This document shows positions 37,762 through 47,639 of a stretch of 64,000 nt of DNA, in pieces (positions within the stretch are counted from its first letter, which is position 1; every line of letters begins with the position of its first letter). Below the pieces are notes generated by a model. It did not search any database and had not been told where the DNA came from. It saw only the letters and a program-made list of their open reading frames with translations. This DNA comes from Corallococcus sp. (GTDB lineage Bacteria; Bacillota; Clostridia; Christensenellales; CAG-314): contig JAMPEJ010000001.1 of the NCBI GenBank assembly GCA_023665205.1, positions 78,955 to 142,954 on the forward strand. The letters are read 5' to 3'. The position numbers and the translations under genes were made by a program.

Positions 37762-38319
37762 ATGGCAAGAAAAACGCAGCAGGACGTAATGCATCGCACG
37801 TCTTTCAACCCTATAGTAGACGATCAATCCGTCACGCTTATTTTGGGGATTGCCCCGCACGATAACTACATCGAACAAGGTCAATACTACTGCAATCCCA
37901 ACGACTGTTTTTGGGAGGCGATCGGCCAATTTATGAAAGCTCCCGCAAACTTTCCATCTAACGCATATAATACAAAATTGTTTTTACTCAAAAGTCACGG
38001 CATAGCACTGTGGGATATTGTACACGAATGTGACAGAGTCGGCGCCACGAATAAAGATATTATAAAGATCACAAGCTACAATGATATTCCGGATCTTTTG
38101 GATAAATATCCGTCAATAGAAAATATCGTATTTAACGGTAAAGATACCTACACGTATTTCAAACGTAGTATTTTGGCAAAATATCCAAACAACACAAACC
38201 TCAAGCGGTTTTTGAAGAAGAATTTTATCGTAACTCTTAATACCGCCGCACGCACAACGGAAAACCGCGAAAAAATACTTGCAGATTGGCAAAAGAAAGT
38301 CGCGCCGCTTTTCAAATAA
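37762..38319 (+). CDS. Uracil-DNA glycosylase superfamily protein, family-6-like (DNA-deoxyinosine/hypoxanthine glycosylase)
   Basis: SFNPIVDDQSVTLILGIAPHDNYIEQGQYYCNPNDCFWEAIG matches my recalled family 6 pattern (ILGS.PS...yYa...N.FW). Size of 185 aa fits. Confidence 0.6.
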   Translation: MARKTQQDVMHRTSFNPIVDDQSVTLILGIAPHDNYIEQGQYYCNPNDCFWEAIGQFMKAPANFPSNAYNTKLFLLKSHGIALWDIVHECDRVGATNKDIIKITSYNDIPDLLDKYPSIENIVFNGKDTYTYFKRSILAKYPNNTNLKRFLKKNFIVTLNTAARTTENREKILADWQKKVAPLFK

Positions 38320-38414
38320 TTATACAAGTAAATAAGTCAAGCGATCACATAACGTTAAAAAGGTTCACCATAAACAGTGAACCTTTTATCAATATATTTT
38401 ATCTATTTATGTTT

Positions 38415-40904
38415 CTAACCGACTTTATCTGCAGAAGTCTTGTACGCAAGCACTTTTTCCACAACTATTCCGCCGCGCTTACCTTTTGGCAATTTACCTT
38501 TATTATTTTTGTTTTCCACAGAAACGTCTTTCACTTCCACCACGTACGTGTTTGCGCGGTCAAAAATAGCAATTTGATAATTTTCTGAATTTACATAACT
38601 TGCAAACACAATAGATGTTCCGTTTACTCCAAATTCCGTACCCTTTGCGCCCTTACAATTTCTCGCATGCTTGGTAATTTCCGTTACCGGTAAACGTTTC
38701 AAAAATCCCTTATTTGTTGCCATAAGTATTTCGCCGGTATCTTTTTCTACTTGTCCGGCAAATACCACGTATTCGCCATCTGCAAGATTTATACAGCGAA
38801 CACCGCCGGCAACACGACCTTGCAAAGGAATCTCATTCAAGTCGAAGCGCGTACATCCGCCGCGATTTGTAACGTAGAATATTTCGGTATTAGGACGAAC
38901 AACTTCTACCTTAAATACCTCGTCACCTTCCTTACCTTTGTATCCTTGGAATACCGATTTCAACAGTTGATATTCCGTCCATTCAGAACGCTTGATAAGA
39001 CCTTGTCTGGTGTAAATAAGTAATTCTCCCGACGGCATTTCTTCCTTCGGCAATACAAATACGCTAACGGGTATTTCGCCCATGGCAGCCTCAGGAAAGG
39101 CCTGAGAAAGAACTGTGCCGTTATCGCGGAAACGCACTTCCGGTAAATCGCTGACGCTCGCCTTGAAACAATTTCCCAAGTTTGAGAAAAACATAACCTT
39201 AGAATCCGTTTGCGTTTCTATAGCGTGCGTCAATATTTCCGACATACCGCACCCCACGGCATCCTTGTTGGATAGGTTAAAGTTTTTGACCGGAATACGT
39301 TTCAATGAATAATCTGCAGTTAAGCCGACTACTACGGTTTCAATAGGCTTTTCGTCAGTTTCACTGGGAATTACCGCGTCTTTTTCTTCCTTACACATAT
39401 CAGAGCGACGCACTTGCTTAAAGTTGCGTTTGAGCGTAGTAAGTTCGCTTTTGATAAGTTCCATTTGCTCTTTTTTACTGTTGATAATTGTAGTCAATCT
39501 TGCAATCGTACGTTCTAACTCCTGCAATTCCAATATCAACTTGTTTACTTCCAATTTGGTAATACGCGCCAAACGCAAGTCCAAGATTGCCTGCGCTTGC
39601 TTATCCGATAAGTCAAATGCCAAACGCAGTTTATTTTTGGCGTCAGTTGTCGAAGAAGCATTTTTAATTATCTGAATCACTTCGTCAATGTTTTGTACAG
39701 CAATAACCAGCCCCTTGACGATGTGCTCGCGTGCCTTAGCTTCTTCCAGTTCAAATTTGCTGCGACGCAAAATTACATCGCGCTGATAGTTGACGTAATA
39801 AGCAATAATATCCAACAGTCCCATCAGTTGAGGTTTACCGTCGGCGATAGCAACCATATTGATGCCGTAACTCATTTGCAGTTGAGAATATTTCAGCAAT
39901 CCGTTAATGATCTTCTGTTGATCGCAATCTTTACGTAACTTGATAACGGCTCGCATACCTTCTTTGTCGCTCTCATCAACGATTTCGGCAATCCCCTGGA
40001 AAAGATCTTTCTTTTCGTCTTTCAAGTTGGCAATTTTTATCAACATATCGGCTTTGTTTACGCCGTAAGGTATTTCCGTAATAACAATATTCTTTCTGTC
40101 GCCGGGGGCTACTTCTATATGCATTTTTGCGCGCACAAGGATTTTACCTTTACCCGTCTCGTATGCCTGTTTCAAACCATCTCCGGGAATAACGTATCCG
40201 CCTGTGGGAAAGTCTGGTCCCTTGATGATTTTCATCATCGCGTTTAAGGTAATATTTTTGTTCTCGATAAATGCAATAGTTCCGTCTATTACTTCCGCAA
40301 AATTGTGAGGAGGAATATTGGTAGCAAGACCGACCGCTATACCGGTTGCGCCGTTCACCAAAAGATTGGGAAAACGTCCAGGAAGCATGTCCGGCTCTTT
40401 TGTCGTATCGTCAAAGTTACGCGACCAACGCACCGTGTCTTTTTCTATATCGCGCAACAACTCGATAGCCGCAGGCGAAAGTTTAGCCTCGGTATAACGC
40501 ATTGCAGCAGCACTGTCTCCGTCAATATTGCCGAAGTTTCCTTGCCCGATAACAAGCGGCACGTTCATAGAAAACTCCTGTGCCATGCGCACCATTGCAT
40601 CGTAGATAGACGAGTCTCCGTGCGGATGGTATCTACCCATACAATCTCCTACGATGCGAGCCGACTTGCGAGTAGGTTTGTCCGGTGTATTTGATTGTTC
40701 GTACATAGAGTACAATATACGGCGCTGAACGGGCTTCAAACCGTCTTCAACGCGAGGCAGCGCCCTGTCCAAAATTACGTGTTCAGCATACGGCATCATG
40801 GATTCGTGCATAACCACTTCCATAGGTTTGGTCAAGAGATTGCTACCGTCCTCCATTTTCTCCATTTCACTATGTTCCAAATCGAAAATATCCAATTGTT
40901 TCAT
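38415..40904 (-). CDS. parC: Type IIA topoisomerase subunit A, ParC-like (no GyrA box seen)
   Basis: [17 protein letters not shown] and [11 protein letters not shown] (catalytic Tyr context), with a beta-pinwheel C-terminal domain. No QRRGGKG-type GyrA box appears at the first blade ([15 protein letters not shown]). Confidence 0.75.
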   Translation of the reverse strand: MKQLDIFDLEHSEMEKMEDGSNLLTKPMEVVMHESMMPYAEHVILDRALPRVEDGLKPVQRRILYSMYEQSNTPDKPTRKSARIVGDCMGRYHPHGDSSIYDAMVRMAQEFSMNVPLVIGQGNFGNIDGDSAAAMRYTEAKLSPAAIELLRDIEKDTVRWSRNFDDTTKEPDMLPGRFPNLLVNGATGIAVGLATNIPPHNFAEVIDGTIAFIENKNITLNAMMKIIKGPDFPTGGYVIPGDGLKQAYETGKGKILVRAKMHIEVAPGDRKNIVITEIPYGVNKADMLIKIANLKDEKKDLFQGIAEIVDESDKEGMRAVIKLRKDCDQQKIINGLLKYSQLQMSYGINMVAIADGKPQLMGLLDIIAYYVNYQRDVILRRSKFELEEAKAREHIVKGLVIAVQNIDEVIQIIKNASSTTDAKNKLRLAFDLSDKQAQAILDLRLARITKLEVNKLILELQELERTIARLTTIINSKKEQMELIKSELTTLKRNFKQVRRSDMCKEEKDAVIPSETDEKPIETVVVGLTADYSLKRIPVKNFNLSNKDAVGCGMSEILTHAIETQTDSKVMFFSNLGNCFKASVSDLPEVRFRDNGTVLSQAFPEAAMGEIPVSVFVLPKEEMPSGELLIYTRQGLIKRSEWTEYQLLKSVFQGYKGKEGDEVFKVEVVRPNTEIFYVTNRGGCTRFDLNEIPLQGRVAGGVRCINLADGEYVVFAGQVEKDTGEILMATNKGFLKRLPVTEITKHARNCKGAKGTEFGVNGTSIVFASYVNSENYQIAIFDRANTYVVEVKDVSVENKNNKGKLPKGKRGGIVVEKVLAYKTSADKVG

Positions 40905-40919
40905 TTGTTCCCCCTATGC

Positions 40920-42881
40920 CTATACCAATTCGTCAAACACTTTGTCAGAGTCTTTATTGAAGTCGGCATTGTCGATAATGTACTGTTTGCGCGCGTCTAT
41001 CTGGTCGCCCATCAAAGTAGTAACCATACGTTCAGCCTCGCTTACGTTTTCTATCGTCACGCGCATAAGCGTTCTGCTTTCAGGATTCATCGTCGTTTCC
41101 CACAGTTGTTCTGCATTCATCTCTCCCAACCCCTTATAGCGCTGTAAGTCGTACCCTTTGCCGAAATCTTGCACCAACTCCTGCAACTCGTAGTCGTCGT
41201 ACGCATATGCAACTTTGCCTTTTTTTGCAAGTTTATACAACGGCGGCATACCGATATAAACGTGACCTTCCGTTATCAAAGGTTTCATATAACGGAAGAA
41301 AAAAGTCAACAAAATCGCTCTGATATGCGCGCCGTCTTGGTCGGCATCGGACAAAATAATTATCTTATCGTACTTCAAGTCGTCTATGTTGAAATCCTCT
41401 TCGCCTATACCTGTATCCAGCGCAGAAATCAACGAGCGTATCTCTTCGTTACCCAACACTTGGTCGATGCGCTTGCGTTCTGCGTTCAAAGGCTTACCGC
41501 GCAAAGGCAAAATGGCTTGGAAACGGCGGTTGCGCGCTTGCTTTGCAGAACCGCCGGCGCTGTCGCCCTCAACGATAAACAGTTCGTTTTTGGATGCATC
41601 CCTACCTGTGCAACTGGCAAGTTTACCTATCAATGTTGAATTAAATATACTGTTCTTTTGGCGAGTAACTTCTTTTGCTTTGCGCGCGGCTTCACGAACC
41701 TTTGCCGATGCAATAGATTTTTTTATTATTACTTCCGCAGTCTTTGGATCTTCTTCCAAGAGCTGAGCAAATGCCGCTGTCGCTAATGCTTCGCAAGCAA
41801 TACGCGCTTCCACGTTTCCCAATTTGGTTTTGGTTTGCCCCTCAAATTGCACGTTCGCCATCTTGACGGACATGACGATCGTAATACCTTCGCGAAAGTC
41901 CTCTCCCAACAAATTGTCCTCTTTGGCTTTCAAAAAATTATGCGAACGCGCGTAATCGTTAAAGGCCTTTGTCATTGCCGTTTTAACGCCGGTCTCGTGC
42001 ATTCCGCCCTCACCGGTAGGAATATTATTAACGTAAGAAATAAAATTTTCCGTATAATTAGACGTGTATTGGAAAGCAAATTCCAATTGCAACGTTTCGT
42101 TTTGTCCCGACCAGTACATAGGACTTATGTGCAACGGTGCCTTATTTTCATTAAGATACATCACAAAATCGCGCAAACCGCCTTCGTAACAGAAGGTCTC
42201 GTGCACCATGTTACCGTCCGCGTCGTCGGCACGTTCATCCGTAAGATCAAAAGTGATGCCCTTGTTCAAAAAAGCCAATTCTTTCACGCGCTCGGCAATT
42301 ATGCGGTAGTCCATTTTGACATTTTTGAAAACTCTGCTGTCGGCAAGAAACGTTATTGTCGAACCGTGTCTATCGGTCTTCCCGATTTCAGTAAGAGAAT
42401 CCTTCGGCACGCCGCTAAGAATTTTGCCGTTTTCTCCCACGGGACTGTGAAATTGCTGACGGTACATTTTACCGTTTTTGCAGACCTCAACCGTCAGCCA
42501 CTCAGACAAGGCGTTCGTTACGCTTGCACCCACGCCGTGTAATCCGCCGGAAAAGGCATAGTTTTCGTTATTAAATTTTCCGCCTGCGTGCAATTGCGTA
42601 AAAACCACTTCAACGCCGGATATTTTAAGTTGCGGATGAATATCAACGGGTATGCCTCGACCGTTGTCGCACACAGTAACGCTGTTGTCCTTGTGCAATA
42701 CTATTTCCACCCTGTCCGCAAATCCGTTTGCAGCTTCGTCTACAGCGTTGTCGACTATCTCCCATAACAGGTGATGCAATCCCTTAGTACCGGTAGTTCC
42801 TATATACATTCCGGGGCGCATACGCACCGCATCCAGCCCTTCCAAGACTTGTATATCTTTCGCTTCGTAAGTCTTACTCAC
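40920..42881 (-). CDS. parE: Type IIA topoisomerase subunit B (ParE/GyrB family)
   Basis: GHKL ATPase (LHHLLWEIVDNAVDEA, GLHGVGAS) and Toprim (ELFIVEGDSAGGSAKQ, PLRGK, DADQDGAHI). GTG start after GGAGGA, 15 nt upstream of the A subunit. Confidence 0.75.
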   Translation of the reverse strand: MSKTYEAKDIQVLEGLDAVRMRPGMYIGTTGTKGLHHLLWEIVDNAVDEAANGFADRVEIVLHKDNSVTVCDNGRGIPVDIHPQLKISGVEVVFTQLHAGGKFNNENYAFSGGLHGVGASVTNALSEWLTVEVCKNGKMYRQQFHSPVGENGKILSGVPKDSLTEIGKTDRHGSTITFLADSRVFKNVKMDYRIIAERVKELAFLNKGITFDLTDERADDADGNMVHETFCYEGGLRDFVMYLNENKAPLHISPMYWSGQNETLQLEFAFQYTSNYTENFISYVNNIPTGEGGMHETGVKTAMTKAFNDYARSHNFLKAKEDNLLGEDFREGITIVMSVKMANVQFEGQTKTKLGNVEARIACEALATAAFAQLLEEDPKTAEVIIKKSIASAKVREAARKAKEVTRQKNSIFNSTLIGKLASCTGRDASKNELFIVEGDSAGGSAKQARNRRFQAILPLRGKPLNAERKRIDQVLGNEEIRSLISALDTGIGEEDFNIDDLKYDKIIILSDADQDGAHIRAILLTFFFRYMKPLITEGHVYIGMPPLYKLAKKGKVAYAYDDYELQELVQDFGKGYDLQRYKGLGEMNAEQLWETTMNPESRTLMRVTIENVSEAERMVTTLMGDQIDARKQYIIDNADFNKDSDKVFDELV

Positions 42882-43035
42882 TTATTCTTCCTCCGAGTAA
42901 AATATTTTCAGTAACAATAAAGTAAAACGCATTTACGCAAACAGAATGTTTGCAGCAAAGCTGTAGCGACAAAGGCACTCGTATAAAAATACTTTTGCCA
43001 AAACCGTGCATAAAAATTCGTTTTCACTCAACGAT

Positions 43036-43064
43036 ATTATACCACAAACAACATCTCATTGCAA
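43036..43064 (-). promoter_or_regulatory. SigA-type promoter of the topoisomerase operon
   Basis: Minus strand reads TTGCAA (43064..43059), 17 nt, TGgTATAAT (-10 = 43041..43036). This predicts a ~148-nt 5' UTR. Confidence 0.55.
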
Positions 43065-43130
43065 CAGTATTTTTTATATTTATTCATATAATTTTTATAA
43101 AATGGTTGTAAATTTGATTTATACAAAATA

Positions 43131-43190
43131 TTTTGCATAATTATAAATATTTTTGCATATTTATAAATTTAGTATGCATAATTATGCATA
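43131..43190. repeat. AT-rich TGCATA repeat and palindrome cluster
   Basis: An 18-nt direct repeat occurs at 43131..43148 (TTTTGCATAATTATAAAT) and 43151..43168 (TTTTGCATATTTATAAAT), with one mismatch. A perfect 18-bp palindrome TATGCATAATTATGCATA lies at 43173..43190. Confidence 0.8.
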
Positions 43191-43220
43191 TAATTGACCC
43201 GCATATTACGCCCACGAAAC

Positions 43221-43254
43221 AAATAAAAACGCCGCCCATACAATAAGGACGGCG
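43221..43254 (-). terminator. Rho-independent terminator after the YcxB-like gene
   Basis: Minus RNA forms CGCCGTCC...GGGCGGCG (one mismatch), followed by TTTTTATTT. Confidence 0.65.
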
Positions 43255-43271
43255 AATGACATCAAATCGCT

Positions 43272-43772
43272 TTACTTCTTTTTAGATATATATCCCGCAA
43301 ATAACTGACATGTGCGAGCGTCGTTAGGACAGCAGATAATTTGCTTAGAAACCAATTTTAGCAGCAAAAGATTTTTATACAATGTCGCTGAAGCAATATC
43401 CGAAGCAGAATATCTCGTAATATCGCCTTTAGATAAGTTGCAAAAAATATACGTTCCGTCAGAATATTCTATAGAAAACCTTTCTTTGCCGCCTGCGCTG
43501 TAAATAGAAAAAGCTTTTTCCGTACTTTTGGATGCAGAAACATACACTACAACAAAGGAGAGCGCAATAAACGCAGCCGCAATCAAAAGTAAACATCCCA
43601 ACCACAAAAATATTTTTTCTTCCGCAAATACCGTCAAAGCCAAAACCACTATCGCGACGCCCATTGCCGCAGATACAACGGCAGGCAGCAGTAGTCTTCG
43701 ATACAAAAAGCACACCAGTTGCTTTGCATTACGTTTTTCGTCTTCTAAAGTGTATTCGTACTCAACAAACAT
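43272..43772 (-). CDS. YcxB-like membrane protein (two TM segments plus a small C-terminal domain)
   Basis: MFVEYEYTLEDEKRNAKQLV..., then two hydrophobic helices and a ~70-aa tail. ATG at 43772 lies 4 nt after the upstream stop, with an AAGGA RBS. The family call is tentative. Confidence 0.45.
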   Translation of the reverse strand: MFVEYEYTLEDEKRNAKQLVCFLYRRLLLPAVVSAAMGVAIVVLALTVFAEEKIFLWLGCLLLIAAAFIALSFVVVYVSASKSTEKAFSIYSAGGKERFSIEYSDGTYIFCNLSKGDITRYSASDIASATLYKNLLLLKLVSKQIICCPNDARTCQLFAGYISKKK

Positions 43773-43776
43773 TTCT

Positions 43777-44685
43777 TTATCCTTCGGCAAACACACCGTC
43801 TAACCACTCAACTACGTCGGCATAAACTTCGTGCTTGCAAGTTTCGTTCAATATTTCGTGACGTGCGCCGCTATACAGACGCTTAGTAACGTTATTAACC
43901 CTCACTTTCTTAGCGTAAAACTTTTCAAGTTTGCTAACGCCTTTTCCATATACGCCCACAGGATCAGCATCCCCCGCAATAAGCAAAATAGGTTTATTCA
44001 CGTCGATTCTTCCGTAATATTCTTTTTTATAAAGCTTGGAAATACCGTCCATAAACGTTCGGTAAAAATTTGCAGAGCAAATATACGTACACAAAGGATC
44101 CTCGTTGTATTTTTTGACTTCCGATTCATCTCTATTTAACCAAGCGTTGTTTCCCGGAAATTTCTTTTCGTACGACTTAAACGACAAATTGACGATCATT
44201 TGAGCAGGATAGCGTCCGCCCTTGTTACGGCACATACTTTTAGCTACCGTGCGACACAATTTGTATTGTAAGCCTCTCATGTAATTAGAACCGCACAGAA
44301 TAAAACCTAGCACGTCAGGGTTTTCCTCTATTACGGCTTGCGTGACGAAACTTCCGTAACTATGCCCCATCATCACCATAGGCAAACGGTATTTTTCTTT
44401 GCAATAATTCAAGATAGCAATTTGGTCGCCCACATTGTTACTCCACATATCGCCGTCTTCAAAACCCAAACTGTCCGACTCAGCAGTTAAACCGTGGCCA
44501 CGGTGATCATTCATCACGACTATGTATCCGCGACTGTTGAGAAACTTTGCGAAATCGTCATATCTTGCAGAATGCTCAACCATTCCGTGCGCTATTTTTA
44601 CAAGACCTTTAGGAGACTCCACTTCGTCCCAAACGTACATCTCAACTTCGCGTCCGTCGTGAGAAACAAATTTATTGTGTTTCAT
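43777..44685 (-). CDS. Alpha/beta hydrolase (lysophospholipase / monoacylglycerol lipase-like)
   Basis: HGMVEHSARY, nucleophile elbow MMGHSYGS, and C-terminal GARHEI. Confidence 0.8.
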   Translation of the reverse strand: MKHNKFVSHDGREVEMYVWDEVESPKGLVKIAHGMVEHSARYDDFAKFLNSRGYIVVMNDHRGHGLTAESDSLGFEDGDMWSNNVGDQIAILNYCKEKYRLPMVMMGHSYGSFVTQAVIEENPDVLGFILCGSNYMRGLQYKLCRTVAKSMCRNKGGRYPAQMIVNLSFKSYEKKFPGNNAWLNRDESEVKKYNEDPLCTYICSANFYRTFMDGISKLYKKEYYGRIDVNKPILLIAGDADPVGVYGKGVSKLEKFYAKKVRVNNVTKRLYSGARHEILNETCKHEVYADVVEWLDGVFAEG

Positions 44686-45158
44686 TCAAAATACCTGCCT
44701 TGTGCAATTTTCTAAATTGTACACCGTACGATAAGTTTTGTCAATACGCTTTGGGCGCGTCACGTTTAACGTTTCAAAGTCAAAATCTATCAACAACACA
44801 TCCAAAAAATTTGATAAAATGCCACTAAATTTATATATTATGTCACGCATAATATTCTGCGAATCATCTATTTTCAAAGTACAAATACGGTTTGTCGCGA
44901 AACAAAAATATTTCATTACAATACAAGAACAACACACTAGCACAACCGCGAGCGCCGCAAAAACAATAAGTCATTTCCCAAATCACAGGCAATTATCGAA
45001 ACGATCGAGAAAATTTATGTTTTTTAGGTAAACATATTTATCGCACATATACGTCCGTTTCATTTTTTCCGTGTCTATCAGTAGCCTTATTCCTTATTAC
45101 TCCGAATAATTCTTTGCCACAATACAATATTTTACGTTATCTTAAATATACTATCAGT

Positions 45159-46193
45159 ATGAAAACAGTATTTTGCGGAGGCGGCACCGCGGGTCATGTA
45201 ACCCCCAACTTAGCGCTGATAGATCTATTGCAAGACTCTACAAACTTCTATATCGGTACAAACGGAATGGAAAAAACGCTTACCGCTCCGTATCTACAAA
45301 ACGGCAAAATTGCCGAGTTTTGCGAAATTTCCGCGACCAAATTCAGACGAAAGTTTACATTAAAAAATTTGCTATTGCCGTTTGCACTGTCCAAAAGCGT
45401 TCGCGAAGCAAAAAATCATCTTAAACGCATTAAGCCAAACGTAGTTTTCAGCAAAGGCGGCTACGTGGGGTTACCCGTAGTAATGGCAGCAAAATCGCTC
45501 AAAATTCCTGTAATAATCCACGAAAGCGATATGTCGTTAGGTCTTGCAAACAAAATTTCAGCACGCTACGCAGATAAACTTCTCACAGCCTATCCTTGTC
45601 ATAAAAAAGCTACTGTCGTTGGAGCCATTATACGCAAACAAACAATTAGCGGTAACCGCGCAAACGGATTATCAACTATGGGATTTGACGGCAGTAAACC
45701 GGTACTTTTGGTGATGGGCGGCAGCCTGGGAGCAAAAGCGTTAAACGAAGCAATTTGCCAAAATAAAAATCTGTCGGAAAAATTTGACATTTTCGTCATT
45801 TGTGGAAAGGGAAAAACCGTGCAATGCGACTTTGTCCGTCAAGCGGAATTCGTTTCCAATATCGGAGATATTTTTGCTGCAACTACCGTATGTATCACAA
45901 GAGCGGGCAGCAATTCCCTTGCCGAACTCACGCTGGCGCAGGTTCCGTTCGTTTCCGTTCCGTTGACAAAATGCTCTCGCGGAGAACAGGTTAAAAATGC
46001 CCGTTGGTTTGCCGAGAAAGGCTGTGGATTGTCCGTTTCCGAAGACAGTCTAGAGCAGAAGATCCCTCGCTACATTTCCGACGTTTTTGATAACAGATAT
46101 AATATCCAAGCGAAACAGCGGTTACAAAGCGGACTTTACGGCACAGACAAAGTAATAGAAGAAATTTCAAATTACCGAGTACAAAACGAATAA
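45159..46193 (+). CDS. murG: Undecaprenyldiphospho-muramoylpentapeptide beta-N-acetylglucosaminyltransferase
   Basis: MKTVFCGGGTAGHVTPNLAL (G-loop), HESDMSLGLANK, and GGSLGA...RAGSNSLAE. ATG at 45159 has no SD and lies 6 nt after a TATACT box (45147..45152). Confidence 0.9.
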   Translation: MKTVFCGGGTAGHVTPNLALIDLLQDSTNFYIGTNGMEKTLTAPYLQNGKIAEFCEISATKFRRKFTLKNLLLPFALSKSVREAKNHLKRIKPNVVFSKGGYVGLPVVMAAKSLKIPVIIHESDMSLGLANKISARYADKLLTAYPCHKKATVVGAIIRKQTISGNRANGLSTMGFDGSKPVLLVMGGSLGAKALNEAICQNKNLSEKFDIFVICGKGKTVQCDFVRQAEFVSNIGDIFAATTVCITRAGSNSLAELTLAQVPFVSVPLTKCSRGEQVKNARWFAEKGCGLSVSEDSLEQKIPRYISDVFDNRYNIQAKQRLQSGLYGTDKVIEEISNYRVQNE

Positions 46194-46256
46194 ACTTTCG
46201 ACAAAAATACCCCAAAAATATATTTGTATTTATTTTACTTTTACATGTTACACAAA

Positions 46257-46285
46257 GACCCGCACCAATTTATGCAGCGCGGGTC
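46257..46285. terminator. Hairpin between convergent murG and the WYL gene (probable shared terminator)
   Basis: GACCCGC...GCGGGTC 7-bp GC-rich stem. The flanking T-tracts are weak. Confidence 0.5.
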
Positions 46286-46317
46286 ATATTATTATAATTT
46301 TAATTTAACAGTGTAGT

Positions 46318-47235
46318 TCATTCTTTCCTATTCATCTCTGCAACGATCTTACAACGTTCCACCACGGCTTCTCTCAACCTGGCAGGTTTTTCCACACGCA
46401 CGCCGTCTCCCAAAGCTAGTATTTGGTTTATCAAGACGTCGTCAAACGGAAGCGCCGCTTTTGCAACGTATCCTTCACCAACTTGCGCAACACGCCCTAT
46501 ACCTAACCATTCTTCACAAGCAGTCAGCGCTTTATGTTCCAAAGATAAAATCACTTCGCAAATTTCTTTTCCACGCAAAACGTCCGTACCTATAACGCTG
46601 CTATCCACCTCGAAACTGCGAGGAATAAACCTTTCTCCAACGGATAATTTTACTATGCGCGAAATTTTAAAGTATCTAAAACCTTTCCGTAGCCTACAGA
46701 AACAATAAACGTACCAGCTGCCGTCTTTCAGTATCAAACAATACGGCTCAACAATTCTGAGAGTACCAGCTCCGGCCTTAGAATGGTACTCGATTTCACA
46801 CAGCATTTTTTTAGAAACGCAGTCGGATAACACGCTGACATAGTCACCCACGGAAAGATCCGACATATCGACAACCAATTGCTCGGATTTCAACACGGTC
46901 GCCCCCGTATGAGAACGTTTCAAGCCCGAAAGTTTTTGTACAGACATCTTAGTTACTTCGTCTTGAAGCGAAAAACTCTGCAAAGCAAAAATCAAGCGTC
47001 TATATTCTTCTTCTGTAAAAAACGTAGCGTTCAATTTGTAGGTATCTACTATTCCCCAACCGCCGCCGCGGCCAAGATGCGATTCTATCGGAACTCCGCC
47101 TTCGGAAAGCATTGCAATGTATCTGTAAACAGATCTCTTGCTAATTTCAAATCTGTTCGCCAATTCTTCGGCGGTAACCAACTTATCCGAAGCCAGCAAT
47201 GTTGACATTATTCCAACCAACACAGGTATTTGCAT
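46318..47235 (-). CDS. HTH plus WYL domain transcriptional regulator (YafY-like)
   Basis: N-terminal DeoR-type HTH (LVTAEELANRFEISKRSVYRYIAML) and a central WYL-type region (GSWYVYCFCRLRKGFRYFKISRI). 305 aa. Confidence 0.8.
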   Translation of the reverse strand: MQIPVLVGIMSTLLASDKLVTAEELANRFEISKRSVYRYIAMLSEGGVPIESHLGRGGGWGIVDTYKLNATFFTEEEYRRLIFALQSFSLQDEVTKMSVQKLSGLKRSHTGATVLKSEQLVVDMSDLSVGDYVSVLSDCVSKKMLCEIEYHSKAGAGTLRIVEPYCLILKDGSWYVYCFCRLRKGFRYFKISRIVKLSVGERFIPRSFEVDSSVIGTDVLRGKEICEVILSLEHKALTACEEWLGIGRVAQVGEGYVAKAALPFDDVLINQILALGDGVRVEKPARLREAVVERCKIVAEMNRKE

Positions 47236-47269
47236 TTTTCTTTCTCCAAATTAGTCATCTACAAAAAGA

Positions 47270-47298
47270 ATTATAAAATACTGACAATATATTGTCAA
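47270..47298 (-). promoter_or_regulatory. Consensus SigA promoter of the WYL gene, overlapped by a perfect 16-bp palindrome (candidate operator O1)
   Basis: Minus strand reads TTGACA (47298..47293), 17 nt, TATAAT (47275..47270). Palindrome TGACAATATATTGTCA at 47282..47297 covers the -35 and spacer. Confidence 0.65.
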
Positions 47299-47335
47299 CT
47301 TTTTTCAAAATATATTGAAAAAAATTAATAAACAC

Positions 47336-47368
47336 TGACATATAGTTGGCATATATACTTGGTATAAT
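47336..47368 (+). promoter_or_regulatory. Second, imperfect operator copy (O2) plus an extended -10 promoter facing away from the WYL gene
   Basis: TGACATATAGTTGGCA (47336..47351) keeps the outer half-sites TGACA-N6-TGkCA of O1. TGgTATAAT has its -10 at 47363..47368. Confidence 0.5.
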
Positions 47369-47445
47369 TTAATCACAAAACCAAAAAGGAGATAACGCAG
47401 TTTGCGAAACTAATAATAATAGCAAACTTGTGCCGAAACAACAAA

Positions 47446-47634
47446 ATGAATCACGATTGTTCCAAAGAATTCGATCTGAATTTAATCTATAAAAAATTGA
47501 CCTCCAAACGTCACTACACTCCAACCGTAAAAGCATGTGATTTTTTCACTCGTAAAACCGAATTGCAGTTGCTTCAAGACAAAATGGAAAAAATTATGCA
47601 GTCTCCACAAAAGCAAATTCAACAAACCCGCTAG
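47446..47634 (+). CDS. Possible small basic protein (62 aa), doubtful
   Basis: ATG ORF MNHDCSKEFDLNLIYKKLTSKRHYTPTVKACDFF... lies downstream of the divergent promoter but has no SD of its own. The only strong SD (AAGGAG, 47386..47391) precedes a 3-codon mini-ORF. Confidence 0.25.
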   Translation: MNHDCSKEFDLNLIYKKLTSKRHYTPTVKACDFFTRKTELQLLQDKMEKIMQSPQKQIQQTR

Positions 47635-47639
47635 ACGTA

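Noticed and set aside
44686-44943. An 85-aa minus-strand ORF ending immediately before the alpha/beta hydrolase start (TGAATG).
   Set aside because: It has no SD and no recognisable motif, and its composition is unusual (Cys/Ile/Phe-rich N-terminus). The adjacency is suggestive but not enough to call a gene.
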